Part shown: positions 1-11,651 of the stretch, one piece after another
How positions within the stretch are numbered: position 1 is the first letter of the stretch
Layout: each line of letters opens with the position of its first letter
Source: Selaginella moellendorffii
Lineage: Eukaryota; Plantae; Lycopodiophyta
DNA length: 64,000 nucleotides
NCBI RefSeq assembly: GCF_000143415.4
Contig: NW_003314302.1
Coordinates: forward strand, 142,065 to 206,064
Direction of reading: 5' to 3'
Translations under genes and position numbers: made by a program
The notes under the pieces: generated by a model
Databases searched by the model: none
What the model was told of the DNA's origin: nothing
The model's input: the letters and a program-made list of their open reading frames with translations, nothing else

Positions 1-941
1 CTACTCGGCTGCTCGACATGGCCATGAAATCTCCACGGGCATACAAGCAGCTCCTCAGCCTCGTTTGCGGGGTGGCGGGTGACGAGCGAGAAGTCCCTGC
101 CATGGAAATCTTCCAGCCGAACTGGACGACTCCGGAGGCTTGGCCGATTAGCAGCACTGACAGCAGCGGCAGAGAGGCGCTTCAAGGCATCGACGTGCAG
201 AGAACCTTTGAGATCGTCAGCAAGGCTTCCTTCAATCCGAGGTACTCGAAAGGCCTCATCTACGTCGCGACGTGGTTCCTCCCGAGCTTCATCAACCATT
301 CCTGCGTTCCAAACGTGTGCCAGACGGTGCTAGGAACTTCGGCCTGCTACTTTGCTGCTCGCGACATCGCCGCCGGAGAAGAGCTCGTCCACTGCTACAT
401 CAATAGCGGCCATCCTTACAGGCGCAAGAGGCTCGCATCCTTCGAGTGTGATTGCAAGAAGTGCCACCTCGAGACGCTGCTGGATGAGGATCTCGTGGAG
501 GTGAACGGCTACTACAGGGACCTCGCCGAGGCAAACTTCGAGTTCCAGTTCAAGAAGGATCCCGAGGCTGGCAAGGTGGTGAAGAAGCTGGAAGAGGTTC
601 TCGCGAGCAAGCTCCAGGACGAGGAGGACCGGCAGTGCTTGCGAGCGATCCACTGGTCGCTATACCTCTACTATTACCAGAGGGTGGAGAGTGGGGCGGC
701 GGTGGCGGTGCCTGGCGGTGGCGTCCCAGCGGCGGAGGTGATCATGGCCTCGATGCACAAGTTCTCGGCGGCCAGCGACACGAATCTGGCTTACATGAAA
801 TTTCTGGTGGAGTTTGCACGGGACAAGGACGCGGCATGGAGCGTGATAGAGCGAGAGTGGGAGATCAAGCTTGGCAGACAGGAAGATCATCGTGTTGTCA
901 AGGCCATCGTCGAGAGAGGCCTGGAAATAATCACGGTTTAA
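1..941 (+). CDS. SMYD-like SET-domain protein lysine methyltransferase, 3' part (5' end lies before the window)
   Basis: ORF 18-941 has the SET motifs SFINHSCVPN and ARDIAAGEELVHCY and the post-SET motif FECDCKKC. The adjacent paralog shows the coding sequence extends upstream of base 1. Confidence 0.85.
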   Translation, partial: TRLLDMAMKSPRAYKQLLSLVCGVAGDEREVPAMEIFQPNWTTPEAWPISSTDSSGREALQGIDVQRTFEIVSKASFNPRYSKGLIYVATWFLPSFINHSCVPNVCQTVLGTSACYFAARDIAAGEELVHCYINSGHPYRRKRLASFECDCKKCHLETLLDEDLVEVNGYYRDLAEANFEFQFKKDPEAGKVVKKLEEVLASKLQDEEDRQCLRAIHWSLYLYYYQRVESGAAVAVPGGGVPAAEVIMASMHKFSAASDTNLAYMKFLVEFARDKDAAWSVIEREWEIKLGRQEDHRVVKAIVERGLEIITV

Positions 942-1011
942 TTTCGAGGCGAGTCTTCCGACAACCCGGCGAACGTGGAGGTGCTCTCTTTCTTTGGCGA
1001 CGATCGCCTCC

Positions 1012-2070
1012 ATGGCGTTCAAGGTACGAGCCCCGCGAGGAGTCAGGATGGAAGGGAACAAGCTCTTCAAAGAGGCCGCTGCTCAAGCCTATGCCTTGAG
1101 CGCATCCCAGCCACCTCAAGAGCGTGTATCGGAAGTCGTCTGCTTTGCTCAAGCTCCATCTCTACGAATGGTCGTGCCAGCTCTTGAGAGATTTCGACCA
1201 AACCATCGACCAGCTATTCGAGAAGTCCCAGAAACTTGCCAGGCAAAGCCGGACAGCAGCAGCATCGCGCGTGGAGTGATTCCAACAGCAAGAGCAAGAA
1301 ACAGCCAAAGTTTCCAGTGCTTGCCGAGTACGTTGCCCCGGTGGAGGTGAAGATGTGTGGAGACCAGAGCAAGAAGCGTGGCCAGGGGCCGTTTAACCGA
1401 GGTGAGCTTGTGCTCGTGAGCAACGCGGTCATCTTCGAGCAGGGTGAAAACGAGTCAGCTTGGGACCGAGACGCTGCTGCTCGGCTGCTTGACATGGCTA
1501 TGAAATCTCCACGGGTATACAAGCAGCTTCTCAGCCTCGTTTGCGAGGTGGCGGGCGACGAGCGAGAAGTCCCCGCCATGGAAACCTTCCGGCCGAACTG
1601 GACAACACCCGAGGGTTGGCCGATTTGCACTGACAGCAGCGGCGGAAGGCATTGAAGTGAAGCGAACCTTTGAGATCGTCAGCAAGGCGTCCTACAATCC
1701 GAGCTCCTCGAGCGGCTTCGTCTACCTCGCAACACCGAGCTTCATCAAGCATTCCTTGCAAAACGGACATTAAAGGTGACCTGCTACTTCGCGGCCCGAG
1801 ACATCGACGCTGGAGAAGAGCTCGTTTACTGCTACATCAATGGTGGCCATCCTTTCAAGCGCAAGAGCCTGAATTTCATGTGCGACTGCAAGGAGTGCTA
1901 CATGGAGACGCTGCTGGAAAACGATCTCGCGGACGACTACTACAGGGACTTCGCCGAGGCAAGCTTCGAGTTCAAGCTCGATGAGGAGGCCGACCGAACG
2001 AGATGTGGAAGGCGCTGAAGGCAGTTCTCGCGAGCAGGCTCAAGGACGAGGGGGAGCGGCAGTGCTTGTA
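1012..2070 (+). pseudogene. Tandem degenerate copy of the TPR+SET gene
   Basis: 1480-2070 closely matches 5-640 but with deletions and frameshifts (ORF pieces 1236-1655 and 1776-2018; NHSC motif broken). TPR-like start RMEGNKLFKE..AAQAY near 1045. Confidence 0.8.
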
Positions 2071-2166
2071 GAGTCTTAACATTTACCTTTGAGACCTTTA
2101 CAGGCAGAGATAGTCTTCCAAGCACGTAAGCAACAGTTCATTTTTTTTTCGGTTCTAACTCTCCTT

Positions 2167-3326
2167 TCATTTTGTTTTTTCTCTCCAGCTTTTACGAGTT
2201 CGCTCCTGCTTCCTCATACACTCCATGAAGTCCTCCAGATCGGAAGTGTAGACAACTTTTTCTATGTAGAAGGGGATTCGATCAAACCCAACGTCGTTCC
2301 TCTTGGAGAAGAATCGCCCCGAGCTCGACTCTATCGCCGGCCGCAACGCCAACCAAATGGCCGTGTCCGCTCCAACCTCGGCCGAGTGCCCGTTGTTCCT
2401 GGACATGGCCGTGCTGGTCACCCCCGGACACATGCAGTTGGCGAAGATCTTGTGACCCTCGGGAAGTTTGGAGAGATCTCTCGCCAGAACTCGCGTGTAG
2501 GCGTTGAGAGCTATCTTGGAGAAGCAGTAGTCGTAAGCTCCAAACATCCTGGACCAGCCCTTCTCGATGACCCGTCCGTGCTCGACGTCCTCCAGGTACT
2601 CCTTGACTATCTCGTCGATGGCTTCCATCGAGAGCTCGTCAATGTTTGAGATCTTATGGGCGAGAGCTTGGTTTTGCAGTGCCTGGAAGGACAAGTTTGT
2701 AAGATCTTTGGAGGATTCAAGATGGAGAAGGAGGCTTACATCCAATCGGCTTGTTCCGGAGCTCACGTTGACGATGCGGGCTCCGTGAGAGGATGGACGC
2801 ATGAGCGAGATCAAACTCTCTGTGAGCTTTCGAACTGCGAGGTAATTCGTGTCAATCACAGCTTTGGAGTTCTCCAAGTTTGTGAGAGCTCCCGGAGTAG
2901 CTCCCGAGATTCCCGCGTTGTTCACCTTGACAATGGATCAAACTAAGCAGTGAGCTCACGAGCTTGTTCTTACCAAAATGTCCAAGCCACCAAACTTGGT
3001 TTTGATCCATCTCGCAAACTCCTGGATCGACGAGGCGCTTGTCACGTCCAGCCGGTGGAAGTGGATCAGCGATGGATCGATTCTCTCGTCTTGTTTGAGC
3101 GAGTCCACGGTTTCCCAGCCCCGGAGCTCGTCTCTGGCAGTCAGGATCGTCGTCACGCCCTCCATGGCCAGACCGCGAGCTATGGCCAATCCAAGCCCCT
3201 TGTTGCTGCCAGTCACCACGGCAATCGTCTCTCTCGACCACCATCTTCGATCGATCGCGCAAAATCGATCCAGGAGTTAGAGATGCGAGAAGAAACGAGA
3301 AATACCACTCACCGATTGCTGCCCAT
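2167..3326 (-). CDS. Short-chain dehydrogenase/reductase, carbonyl reductase/salutaridine reductase-like
   Basis: Spliced model MGSNR|WWSRETIAVVTGSNKGLG (TGxxxGxG), LDIL|VNNAG, IVNVSS, YCFSK (YxxxK), CMCPGVTSTAM. GT-AG introns. Confidence 0.9.
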
Positions 3327-3501
3327 AGCTCAAGGTTCTTCGAAGAGCGTTCTTGATCGAGAAATCCTCGCGATCTTTCCGTGAGGAGTTCTTTAAAGCG
3401 CGTTTCCTGTTTTCCGGCGAAATTGTCGTTTTTCAAATGGAAGCATATGTCTCCTGGAATATAGGGTTAGGGTTCTTCCGTTAATAAGAGCTTTCTTTCT
3501 A

Positions 3502-3908
3502 ATGAGCAAGACGACGGACCTTGGCGTGATCGAGGAACTGGGGTATTGGGTCGAGCTCAACACCAAGTAAGTCTCTTCGATTGATTCCAACTGCAAGCTT
3601 ATTGGGGATTTTTTTTCTGCGATCCAGAATGACCAAAATGTGCTGCGACAAATGTATTGGAAAAAAGTGAGTTCCCAGCTTCAAACTTCCGAAAGAAATC
3701 ATTTTTGGATGGATTGTGCTCACAGTTACAAGGATCCGGATCTTAATCTTGGCGAGATGGCCTGCATCGATCGATGCGTCTCAAAGTATAAACAGGCAAG
3801 TCAGCTCCACGAAAGAGCTCTCTTTTTTTTTTCTCTTGTGCTTACGCTGGTTGTGTGAAGGTGAATGCGATTATCGGGCAGATTCTTTCCACCCCGAGAC
3901 GAGATTGA
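3502..3908 (+). CDS. TIM10: Mitochondrial intermembrane-space chaperone Tim10 (twin CX3C)
   Basis: Four-exon model MSKTTDLGVIEELGYWVELNTKMTKMCCDKCIGKNYKDPDLNLGEMACIDRCVSKYKQVNAIIGQILSTPRRD*. The last intron (3796-3860) is GC-AG. Confidence 0.85.
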
Positions 3909-3944
3909 TTTTTTTTTTTTTTTTCTTTCCCGAGAGAAGGCTTG

Positions 3945-5357
3945 TCAATCGAAAGCTTTCCATTCGAGTGTGCCTTTTTGTAGCCTCTCGGGAAGAGCCT
4001 GAGACCATTTTTCGAGATCCGGGAGAGGACCCGTGAAAGCCATTTTGTTGTTAATTCGATCAATCTTTCGCCAGTTCACCTGGAGAGAGTTTTGTTTCCA
4101 AACTCTAGAGGAGAAAAACAAAGAGAAAGCTTTACCTCGCCTGGAAATGCTTTAGACATTGCACGTAGAATGTTGTGCTTGTTTTGATCTCCATGGAGCT
4201 TCCTTTTCTCCACGAAGTTGATCATGATCCGGCCTCCCGGTTTCAATCTCTTCCGGAGTTTCAACCATGTCTCCACCTGGAAGAACTAAAACTATGAGAT
4301 CACAAAGACCATAACGTTGTTTCTACCTCGTGCAGCTCTGGCAAAACCTCCGCGTTTGAGAACAAATCCACGACAATGCCTGGACAAGAGTCACAGCTTC
4401 TGAGAAAAGATGATAAAAGAACTTGCATGTCACAGGACCTGCAAATCCTCCGTCGGGATCACTGGCATCCGAGAAAGCGTCTCCGATATGAATTTTCAGT
4501 CCGCCACCGTGTTCATTCTCGCCTTCCAGCTCGGACAGGCCAAGATATTCTCTCGCCTTTTCAATCAGCTGCATGAAAACTGTGAGCTCCGGGGATGGAA
4601 AATGCAAGAGACTCACGAGTTCATCGATCTCAAAGCCTATCAATTCTCGCTGGGGCCACAAATGGAGCAGTAATCGAGCAGCAGTGCCACCTCCCTGTTG
4701 AAACAAAGTTTTTTGTAAGAAGAAGCACACGAAAAGTTCTTACCAATCCGAGAATTGCAATGGGACCTTCCGGAATGATCGGTGGAAGCGAGGAGAACTC
4801 ATCCTAAAGAACACACATGAGCTTACTTAAGAACAAAGAAAGGAAAGAGAATTTCTTTTACCCAGTAGTATCCAACCCACATCGAATCCTCCATGTAAAC
4901 GCTGTGAGGATCTCCTGCATTGACAAAGATCCTAGCACGACTCGAGTCACACAAGAAATCCATGAACAAAGAAAGCGATAATCCCTAGCCTACCTGTTTG
5001 ATCGAGCAGCAGCAATCTTGCCCCAGCGAAATCAGCCAGCGAATCCCTCGGCAGCTCCACGATCGCAATGGCATTGTAGTCACTCTCCAAGAACGCGAGA
5101 ATCGCTGGGCCCGCGGCGTCCAAATCTTCCTCGATCCATCCCTCCTCCAAGGAAATCCCATCCCTCCCTGGATTGGCCGCAAGAACAAGGCGGCATCCAC
5201 GCGGATTGATCCCCGGCAAGCATCGCAATGGAGGATTCACTGCCCTAAGAAGCTCCACGGGCAGCTGTGAGAGAGGGAACCCGGCTATGGCGATCCCATC
5301 GCACGAGGAAGGGAAAAGAGGCCACCAGACAAAGCAAGCAAATATTGCGAGTAGCAT
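3945..5357 (-). CDS. SAM-dependent methyltransferase (spermidine synthase-like fold), multi-exon
   Basis: Exons read RLLLLDQT, GLGGGTAARLLLHLWP, GFEIDE, IHIGDAF, GIVVDLFS, LKPGGRIMINF; last exon AFTGPLPDLEKWS...WKAFD*. Start codon uncertain. Confidence 0.8.
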
Positions 5358-5414
5358 GTTAACTGGTTTTAGGGCTCTTGTTCTTTGCGACTCTTGGATT
5401 CGATGAAGAGAGGA

Positions 5415-5999
5415 ATGGAATCCGAGCCGCCGAGGTGAAATCGCGCGAAGCCGTGTGAATTTCTTGCGAAATCTCTCGTCTGTGTGCCTGCCAGGTACTG
5501 CTGGAGATTTGTTTGCGATGATCCGGCGCGACAAGCTCCCCCTGTCGTTCGCCAGGAGCAATCCAGCCTCGACACGCCCCAATCCGTCGCTGACAACTCG
5601 AAATCCTTCCCGATGGAAGCTCCCGAGGCCGCATTTCCGCGAGAAATCCCGCACAGAGATGAGAGCTCGTACAGGGAGGAAAGATTTCTGCCGATGAGGG
5701 ACGATCAAGGGTCGATGCTCATGGTGGGGCGATTCGGCGGCGCCAGATTCCACGTGTGGAAGATGAGGATGCAAATGCTGCTGGTGCTACACGATCAGTG
5801 GGGCGTGGTGAGCGGATCGGAGGCCCGGCCGGGAGAATCCGCGAGGAAGGAAGATTGCCTAGAGTTTGAGAAGAAGGACGCGAGAGCGCGAGCGAATATT
5901 TTGCTCCATCTCGAGGACAGGCAGCTAATGCAGGTGTGGCACACAACGTCAGCGAAGCAGGCATGGGATCTCCTGGGCGACATGTACATGGCGTTCTAG
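5415..5999 (+). CDS. Small spliced gene encoding only the N-terminal Copia-gag domain (DUF4219/Retrotran_gag_2-like)
   Basis: RFGGARFHVWKMRMQMLL..DQWGVVSG...KKDARARANILLHLED..V..TTSAKQAWDLL..MY is the typical Copia gag N-terminus. ATG 5415 plus a GT-AG intron at 5435-5494 gives in-frame MESEPPRYCWRF. Confidence 0.7.
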
Positions 6000-6110
6000 G
6001 AGTCCGGGATTTAGGGTTTTAGCGCCTTGATAGATAGAAAGAATGATAATGGCGCGTCCACAGCTAGCACCAAGGATGATCTTTGTCGTTGTCACCGACA
6101 GTAGAGTTTA

Positions 6111-6131
6111 CCCTAAACCCTAAACCCTAAA
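6111..6131 (+). repeat. Interstitial plant telomere repeat (CCCTAAA)3 / telo-box
   Basis: ccctaaaccctaaaccctaaa read directly. Confidence 0.85.
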
Positions 6132-6289
6132 TTTGCAAGGTCCGGATTACAATGCTTCTTCGGGCTGGACCGGTTCCAAGGGGCTCAAAATTCTAGAAAC
6201 CATCAGCCGAACTAACACAAATGGTGAGTCAAAGATGTTAGCGAATGTTCTTGTGGTCAATATAGCGTTGACTCTAGCTACCCAAAAGC

Positions 6290-7260
6290 TTAACTCACAC
6301 AAGCGGCTGTTTGTGAGCTCCATCTCCGCGTGCTCAAACGTGGAAGAAGGCAGGAAAATCTACACGGGTTCTCTTACAATGCTCTCAGCTTGTCAAGAAA
6401 TTATCAAGAGATTATCTAGGGCTCAAGCATCTGGGAATGCACCGGCTGATCGCCGGGAAAGCATCGCAAGAAGTGCCGGATAAAATTCAAAAATCTGGCT
6501 TAGAAAGTGCTGCTATTCTGTAAAGCGCTTGTAGCTCAGGGGATAGAGCGTCTGTTTCCGGAGCAGAAAGTCACAGGTTCGATATCTGTCAGGAGTGTGA
6601 TACAGTTGATCTGGTGGAGCATAGCTGGATCGACTGCATGTTCTCCTTTCCTTGTGTGTTGTGATTATTCCTTTCTTCTCTTGGTGTCTTTGGACAAGAT
6701 GGATCGGAGCAGATTAACCATCTTTAGGTAAAGAGTTTCATGATACAGTAGGATGTATAAACGGGCCATGATGGTTGGTTGAGACTGATGAAAGAATGGT
6801 GGCATTTGGAGAATCCTCATTGATTTGTGCTAGTGAGTCAAGAGGAGCTCTTTAGATCGAGCAGCAGCTGAGATTGTGCGAGATTTGGCTCACGGCAGGC
6901 GGATGCACCGTGTCATCCAGCCTCTGATACAAGCGCTTTGTTTCAATCTCCTCTATAGGTGTGCCAGAAGTGCCGGAGCATCAAAGACGCCACCGATTTG
7001 GTCAGATCGATTGCATAATGTAACGATTACTACATTTGCCTTAAACGGGCATCTGGAGGTCGCAAATACACTCTTTCTTTCCGATGCTCAGCAAAAGGTG
7101 ATCTCCTGGAACACAGGGCTTGCATTGTATGGAAAGCCCGGTCCGATGCTTTGTAATATTCACCAACACACCATTGTGTCTTGGACCAGTATCATGCACA
7201 TATAAGTCCCATGGGGCATCTTGACGAGGCTGTTGCTCTCAGTTTATTTGGAAGCCAAGA
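6290..7260 (+). pseudogene. Heavily decayed PLS-class PPR remnants
   Basis: Fragments LFVSSISACSNVEEGRKIY, DLAHGRRMH, FALNGHLEVA, VISWNT, IVSWTSIM in shifting frames. Confidence 0.55.
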
Positions 7261-7614
7261 GTTACAAGCAGCTCCAAAGCATTCATTCTTCCTTGCTAAT
7301 CGAACAAGTCTTTACCTATGGTGTCAAAGCAAACATGCTTGGAATCATATCTGTATTGAGAATCACAGCTCTCTAGATTAGCAGAAAAAATGGGAAAGCA
7401 AAGGAGGCTGCCTCCCATAGATAAAGCTCCATATGGGCACAAACTCTCACAAATGCTCGCACAGACTTTAGAATGCGAAGTGTTGGTCACTGAATGGTCA
7501 TAGCTAGCTGCTTATGTAGATGACCATGAGGAAAGAGGGTCGACCAAAAGATAAGCAGCAAAAATGGCTCCTTCTCGAAAGCTTGTGCTTGCATTGCTCC
7601 CTTTATCCCTGCTC

Positions 7615-7799
7615 ATCACTGCTACTTTTGCTGCTGAAAATGAAGGTAGTAGTTTTCTTCTCCAAAATCGGGCACCATATTGCTAGGGTAACTTGGTCGT
7701 CCAGTGCAGATCTGTGAATCCAATTCAAACACTAAGATCATTGAGATTCTGGAGAAGAAAACCACTACCTTCATTTTCAGCAGCAAAAATAGCAGTGAT
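7615..7799. repeat. 55-bp inverted repeat with 75-nt spacer (fold-back, pre-miRNA-like)
   Basis: 7615-7669 and the reverse complement of 7745-7799 match at 52 of 55 positions. Confidence 0.9.
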
Positions 7800-8879
7800 A
7801 TAAGAGGAGATGCATTTCTCTCTATGGTTTCCAGAGCTTCTTCACCTTAGCCATTCTTCCCAGGGGCCACCAGGACTCATGGACGGTGTATGTGGAAGCT
7901 TTCAAATAAAGATGGAGCTTCTTTCCTGGTAGATGCCACTCAGAATTTCAAGTATTCATTCAGCTCCATTCCGTCGTGGCAGTCTCCACACTTTACAACC
8001 AAGTCTTCTAAATGCTTCCCAGAGACTTAGCTTTTCCTGCCTTGGAGCTCACAAACAGTCTTTCTCCTGAAGATCCAAACAGATTGCTGGCTCTGTAAGA
8101 AATCACATAAGACATGATTTACAAGTGAAATCATGGGTCCATGAAAATTCGTTTAGCTCAGCCAGCTTAGCTGCCACATCCTGGGGCTGGCCAGTTGGAG
8201 CTCTAGCTAATGAAAGAATCGGTGAAGTGGATGTGTGGCCCAAGACATGCTTCTGTATTCTGCAGCTGTTTAAGCTGGCTTGCAGCTTAAATTTAAACAC
8301 ATGAAAAGAAGGATTTAGCCATGCTCAAACCAAGGGGAAAACTTAAAAACAAAGTATTATATAGTCCCTGTAAGCTGAAAGAAAACAAAATATTTTAACA
8401 AATTAAAAGGAAATTGTGAACATTTTAAGTTCATTATTATTAAGTATTTACTTAATAGTGTTTATTATTATACTAGAACTATAATATATTAAGAATAAAT
8501 TCATTACAAGTAAAATGCTAAAATTAACTCATTTTAAAAGCTATATGATTGTATCAACACTAAGTGGTTTGCACTATAAAGTATATGTATTATTTCAATA
8601 AAAAATTAGATAATTGTACATATAAAAAATTTGCAAAGTCCAAACATAAAACCTACATGTACATACACAAAAGAAAAATTTTGTTTATAACTTTAAAGAA
8701 AATACATAAAATTTCCAATTAAATATTTAAATTTATATTCTCAACACTTATAATATAATATAAATATAAGTACTCACAAAATAATAAAATATTTATATGA
8801 AATTTGACTTCTTTATAAATTATAATGCACAAAAATAGATATTAAATAATATTTATGTGTGCATATACCATGAGAGAGC

Positions 8880-9662
8880 TAGCTCGAGAACACAGCCCTT
8901 CTCCATAAAGCCACGAGCTCAATCAAGCATACCGGCCATTAATCAGCGTGGAATACGTTATAGAGTTTGGCGCACTCGCCGACTTTCTTCTCTCTCCATC
9001 GATAGCAGTGGTATACAACACCACATCCAGTCTTCTTCAAGTTCCAGGTCCCCAACTGGTTTAGTCTGCAGAGAATGGTATAGAGTGTAGATAAGCAGCT
9101 TCTCCTCGTCTCACCGAAAACATGCACAGCATCAAGGTCGTGAAATTCAGCACAGCCCCCTGCGATCATCTGGTTGAGAAGATCGTACGCATCGTCCAAC
9201 CTTGTCAGCTTGCAGAAGCCGTTCATGAGGGTGGTGTACGTCCGGAGAGCTTCCAGTCTCAGCCATCCGGTTCATCGCCTCGTCCATCTGTCCCAGGGAG
9301 TTGTAAATCACCGTGTTGCTGCCTCTCTTGATCATCTGGCCGAAGTGATCAATCGCCTTCTTCGTCTGAAGAAGAACAAGAGCTTGATGTCCTGCTCCAA
9401 GGCGGGGTCATGCACACAACCTCATCAACAATCCCCAGCTTCTGCATTTTGCCACACAGCCTCTCCAGAGCAATCTGCACACCCCGCATGCCACAACCGC
9501 ACGAAGCGTCCATCTCCTCCTCGAACAGCACCTGGGGATCACAAGACTTGTGCGTCCAGTGCCTCCTCACATGCGCAGCCACCTCCGCCTCTCCCCCTTG
9601 AATCAGCTGCTCCTTGAAGAAGCCAAACAGCTCCTCGTCCTCGTCCTCGTCCTCCACCTTGA
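8880..9662 (-). pseudogene. Chimeric pseudogene: APH-gene fragment joined to the 3' part of the P-class PPR gene
   Basis: 9353-9662 is an inverted copy of about 52811-53128. 8880-9360 is a deletion-riddled inverted copy of about 56781-57550. Confidence 0.85.
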
Positions 9663-9917
9663 GCACGAACTTTCAGTTCTTTGCGTGGCACTCAACGCAA
9701 GGAGTCAGGAGGTGGATTCTGCGTCTCTTGTGGTCCTCTAGGGAAGCACAGTGTACAACTATATGTATGCTGTGTTTCTCTTGATAACAACTTGCTATCG
9801 GAGGCAATGTTGCTACAGTCCTTTTCACTGGATTCTTACAAAAATTTTGGAGCAGACTCTTTGAAGGTTTGTTCTGTGTTTCTTTCGTCTTGGTACATAT
9901 GACTTACATTATTCTTA

Positions 9918-10178
9918 CAGCTGCAAGCGGAGTTGGAATTCAACTCACTCCAGACAGCAACAACCTTCTGTTGCTGGGAACTTTTGCTGTTCATAGCCCC
10001 GAGCTTCCCAGTCAGTCGCACATAGTGCGGGTGCTTTCTCTTACTGAACGTGATCTGAAGGCTGAACTTTTTGCAACTGCCACAATGAGATGCCTTTTGA
10101 TAACAGGACCTCTTTCTTTGGTCACTGCTGGAGATGAAGGTTGTATCAAAGAATGGCACATGGATCTGTCTTGGAGGT
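9918..10178 (+). other. Exon-like fragment with a WD40-like motif
   Basis: AG..GT-bounded open segment ending LVTAGDEGCIKEWHMDLSW; no complete gene found. Confidence 0.35.
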
Positions 10179-10276
10179 AATCACTTTTCATGTTTGTATT
10201 TCCTTGCATTAATCATGTCCTAGTCAGGCATTCTTTGTATGAAGCAGATCTCCCTCCTGCAATATAACGGCTGAAG

Positions 10277-11556
10277 AATTTTAAAGCTAGCCATCGCTAT
10301 AAATTTAAGAAATTGATATTGCTAAAAGGTATGTAGAAAATCAAATTGAGAAAAACAATTTAAAGCAAGTATACAATAAAAATTAAAAAAACCTAACTAA
10401 AACTGGTCTGGAGAAGCTTTATTTTATATTATTTTATTCTGATAAGGTTGCAATAAGTTTTTCCTTAGCCTGAGAATTATGAAAAATTGGTGGAGAGCAA
10501 AAATTTAACACGCAATTAAAAATAAAAATTTTGGTAAATTACCATAGAAATTAGTACTATCATGATCTGCCTTGGACAATTGTGGAGATGGGGGTGGCAA
10601 TGGTGGTGGAGCTAAACTGGATTGTTCATCCCACCCATTAGTATCACTGCTATGCCTGAGTGCTATGGCAGTTTAGCATCCATTAATACAATGGTGAGTG
10701 GAAGTGTTTTATAGGGCTTGAAGAAGGGCTACTTTGTTCTTCATGTGTTTGTGGAGTCTGTACAACTGGCCATACCCCCAGCAACTTGTATTGATAAAGA
10801 GATTTTTATTTTTGAATCACATGGTAAAGCCCTAGTGCAATTTGGATCCTAGACATTGTGTAAGTATTGTTTGCCTTTAGGTTTTTCATTTGCCCCAAGA
10901 ATGTAGAGGATTCTCACAATTGTTGAGAAGTTATATTTGTGATGAACTTATGGTTTTATTTCTTTGGTTTGTGCAGAGATTTTTATTAGTTGTTCAAAAA
11001 TATTAGTCTTAGATGGAGGTACTAGCATTGGTAGAGTTTAATGGTCTTGATGCTTATCTTTGACATTGAAGTTATTAATTTTCCTATTTTAGAAGCTTGA
11101 AGGTGTTTTCTGACAAATCTTATTTAGGTCATAGGTGACTAATGTTTTATTTTTTGCTGCTTTCATTTCTTCATATTATTCATTGTTTCACATTCGTTAA
11201 CTTTTCTAATAAGGGAATGCAGGCAGTTACCCACAACAATGGAATTTGCAAGGAGCTCATCAATCCTTATTATTTCCACTATAAAGAGTTCATGGTAAGT
11301 TGGATTGAAATGGAAACTTTCTTTTGATTTCTTTCATCTATCATTGCTGTGTGTTGTCAAAGATGGATATAATTACTTACCCTTTCACTTTTGTCTTAAA
11401 AAGTGATGCTTCTTTGTTTTCATCCATTCGGAATATGATACTTTTAATGCTCTCAACAGCTTCAAGGTGTGACCCTAGAGCTAGCTCTAGTTTTCTTCCA
11501 AAAAACACTTACAAGACAAACAAAAGCTAAATAAGATTTTTTAGATTTCTCAAAAC
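10277..11556 (+). repeat. About 1.25-kb dispersed repeat, copy 1 (unclassified)
   Basis: Colinear with 25456-26670 with many substitutions (for example ORFs 11142-11327 and 26316-26501). Confidence 0.85.
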
Positions 11557-11651
11557 AAAGAGACTTGTTCTTCAGTTTTTGTTTTTTGTTCTCCCTGTCT
11601 TGATTTATGTCTCTCGACTTTCTCTGATCTTTTGAGTTGTGATCTTTCCAG

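Noticed and set aside
4947-5774. 275-aa minus-strand ORF as a single gene
   Set aside because: Its 5' half is antisense to the gag-domain gene; only the 3' part is methyltransferase exon 1.
8300-8860. Very AT-rich tract (also 27300-27620 and 45700-46290)
   Set aside because: No TIR, TSD or periodicity found by eye.
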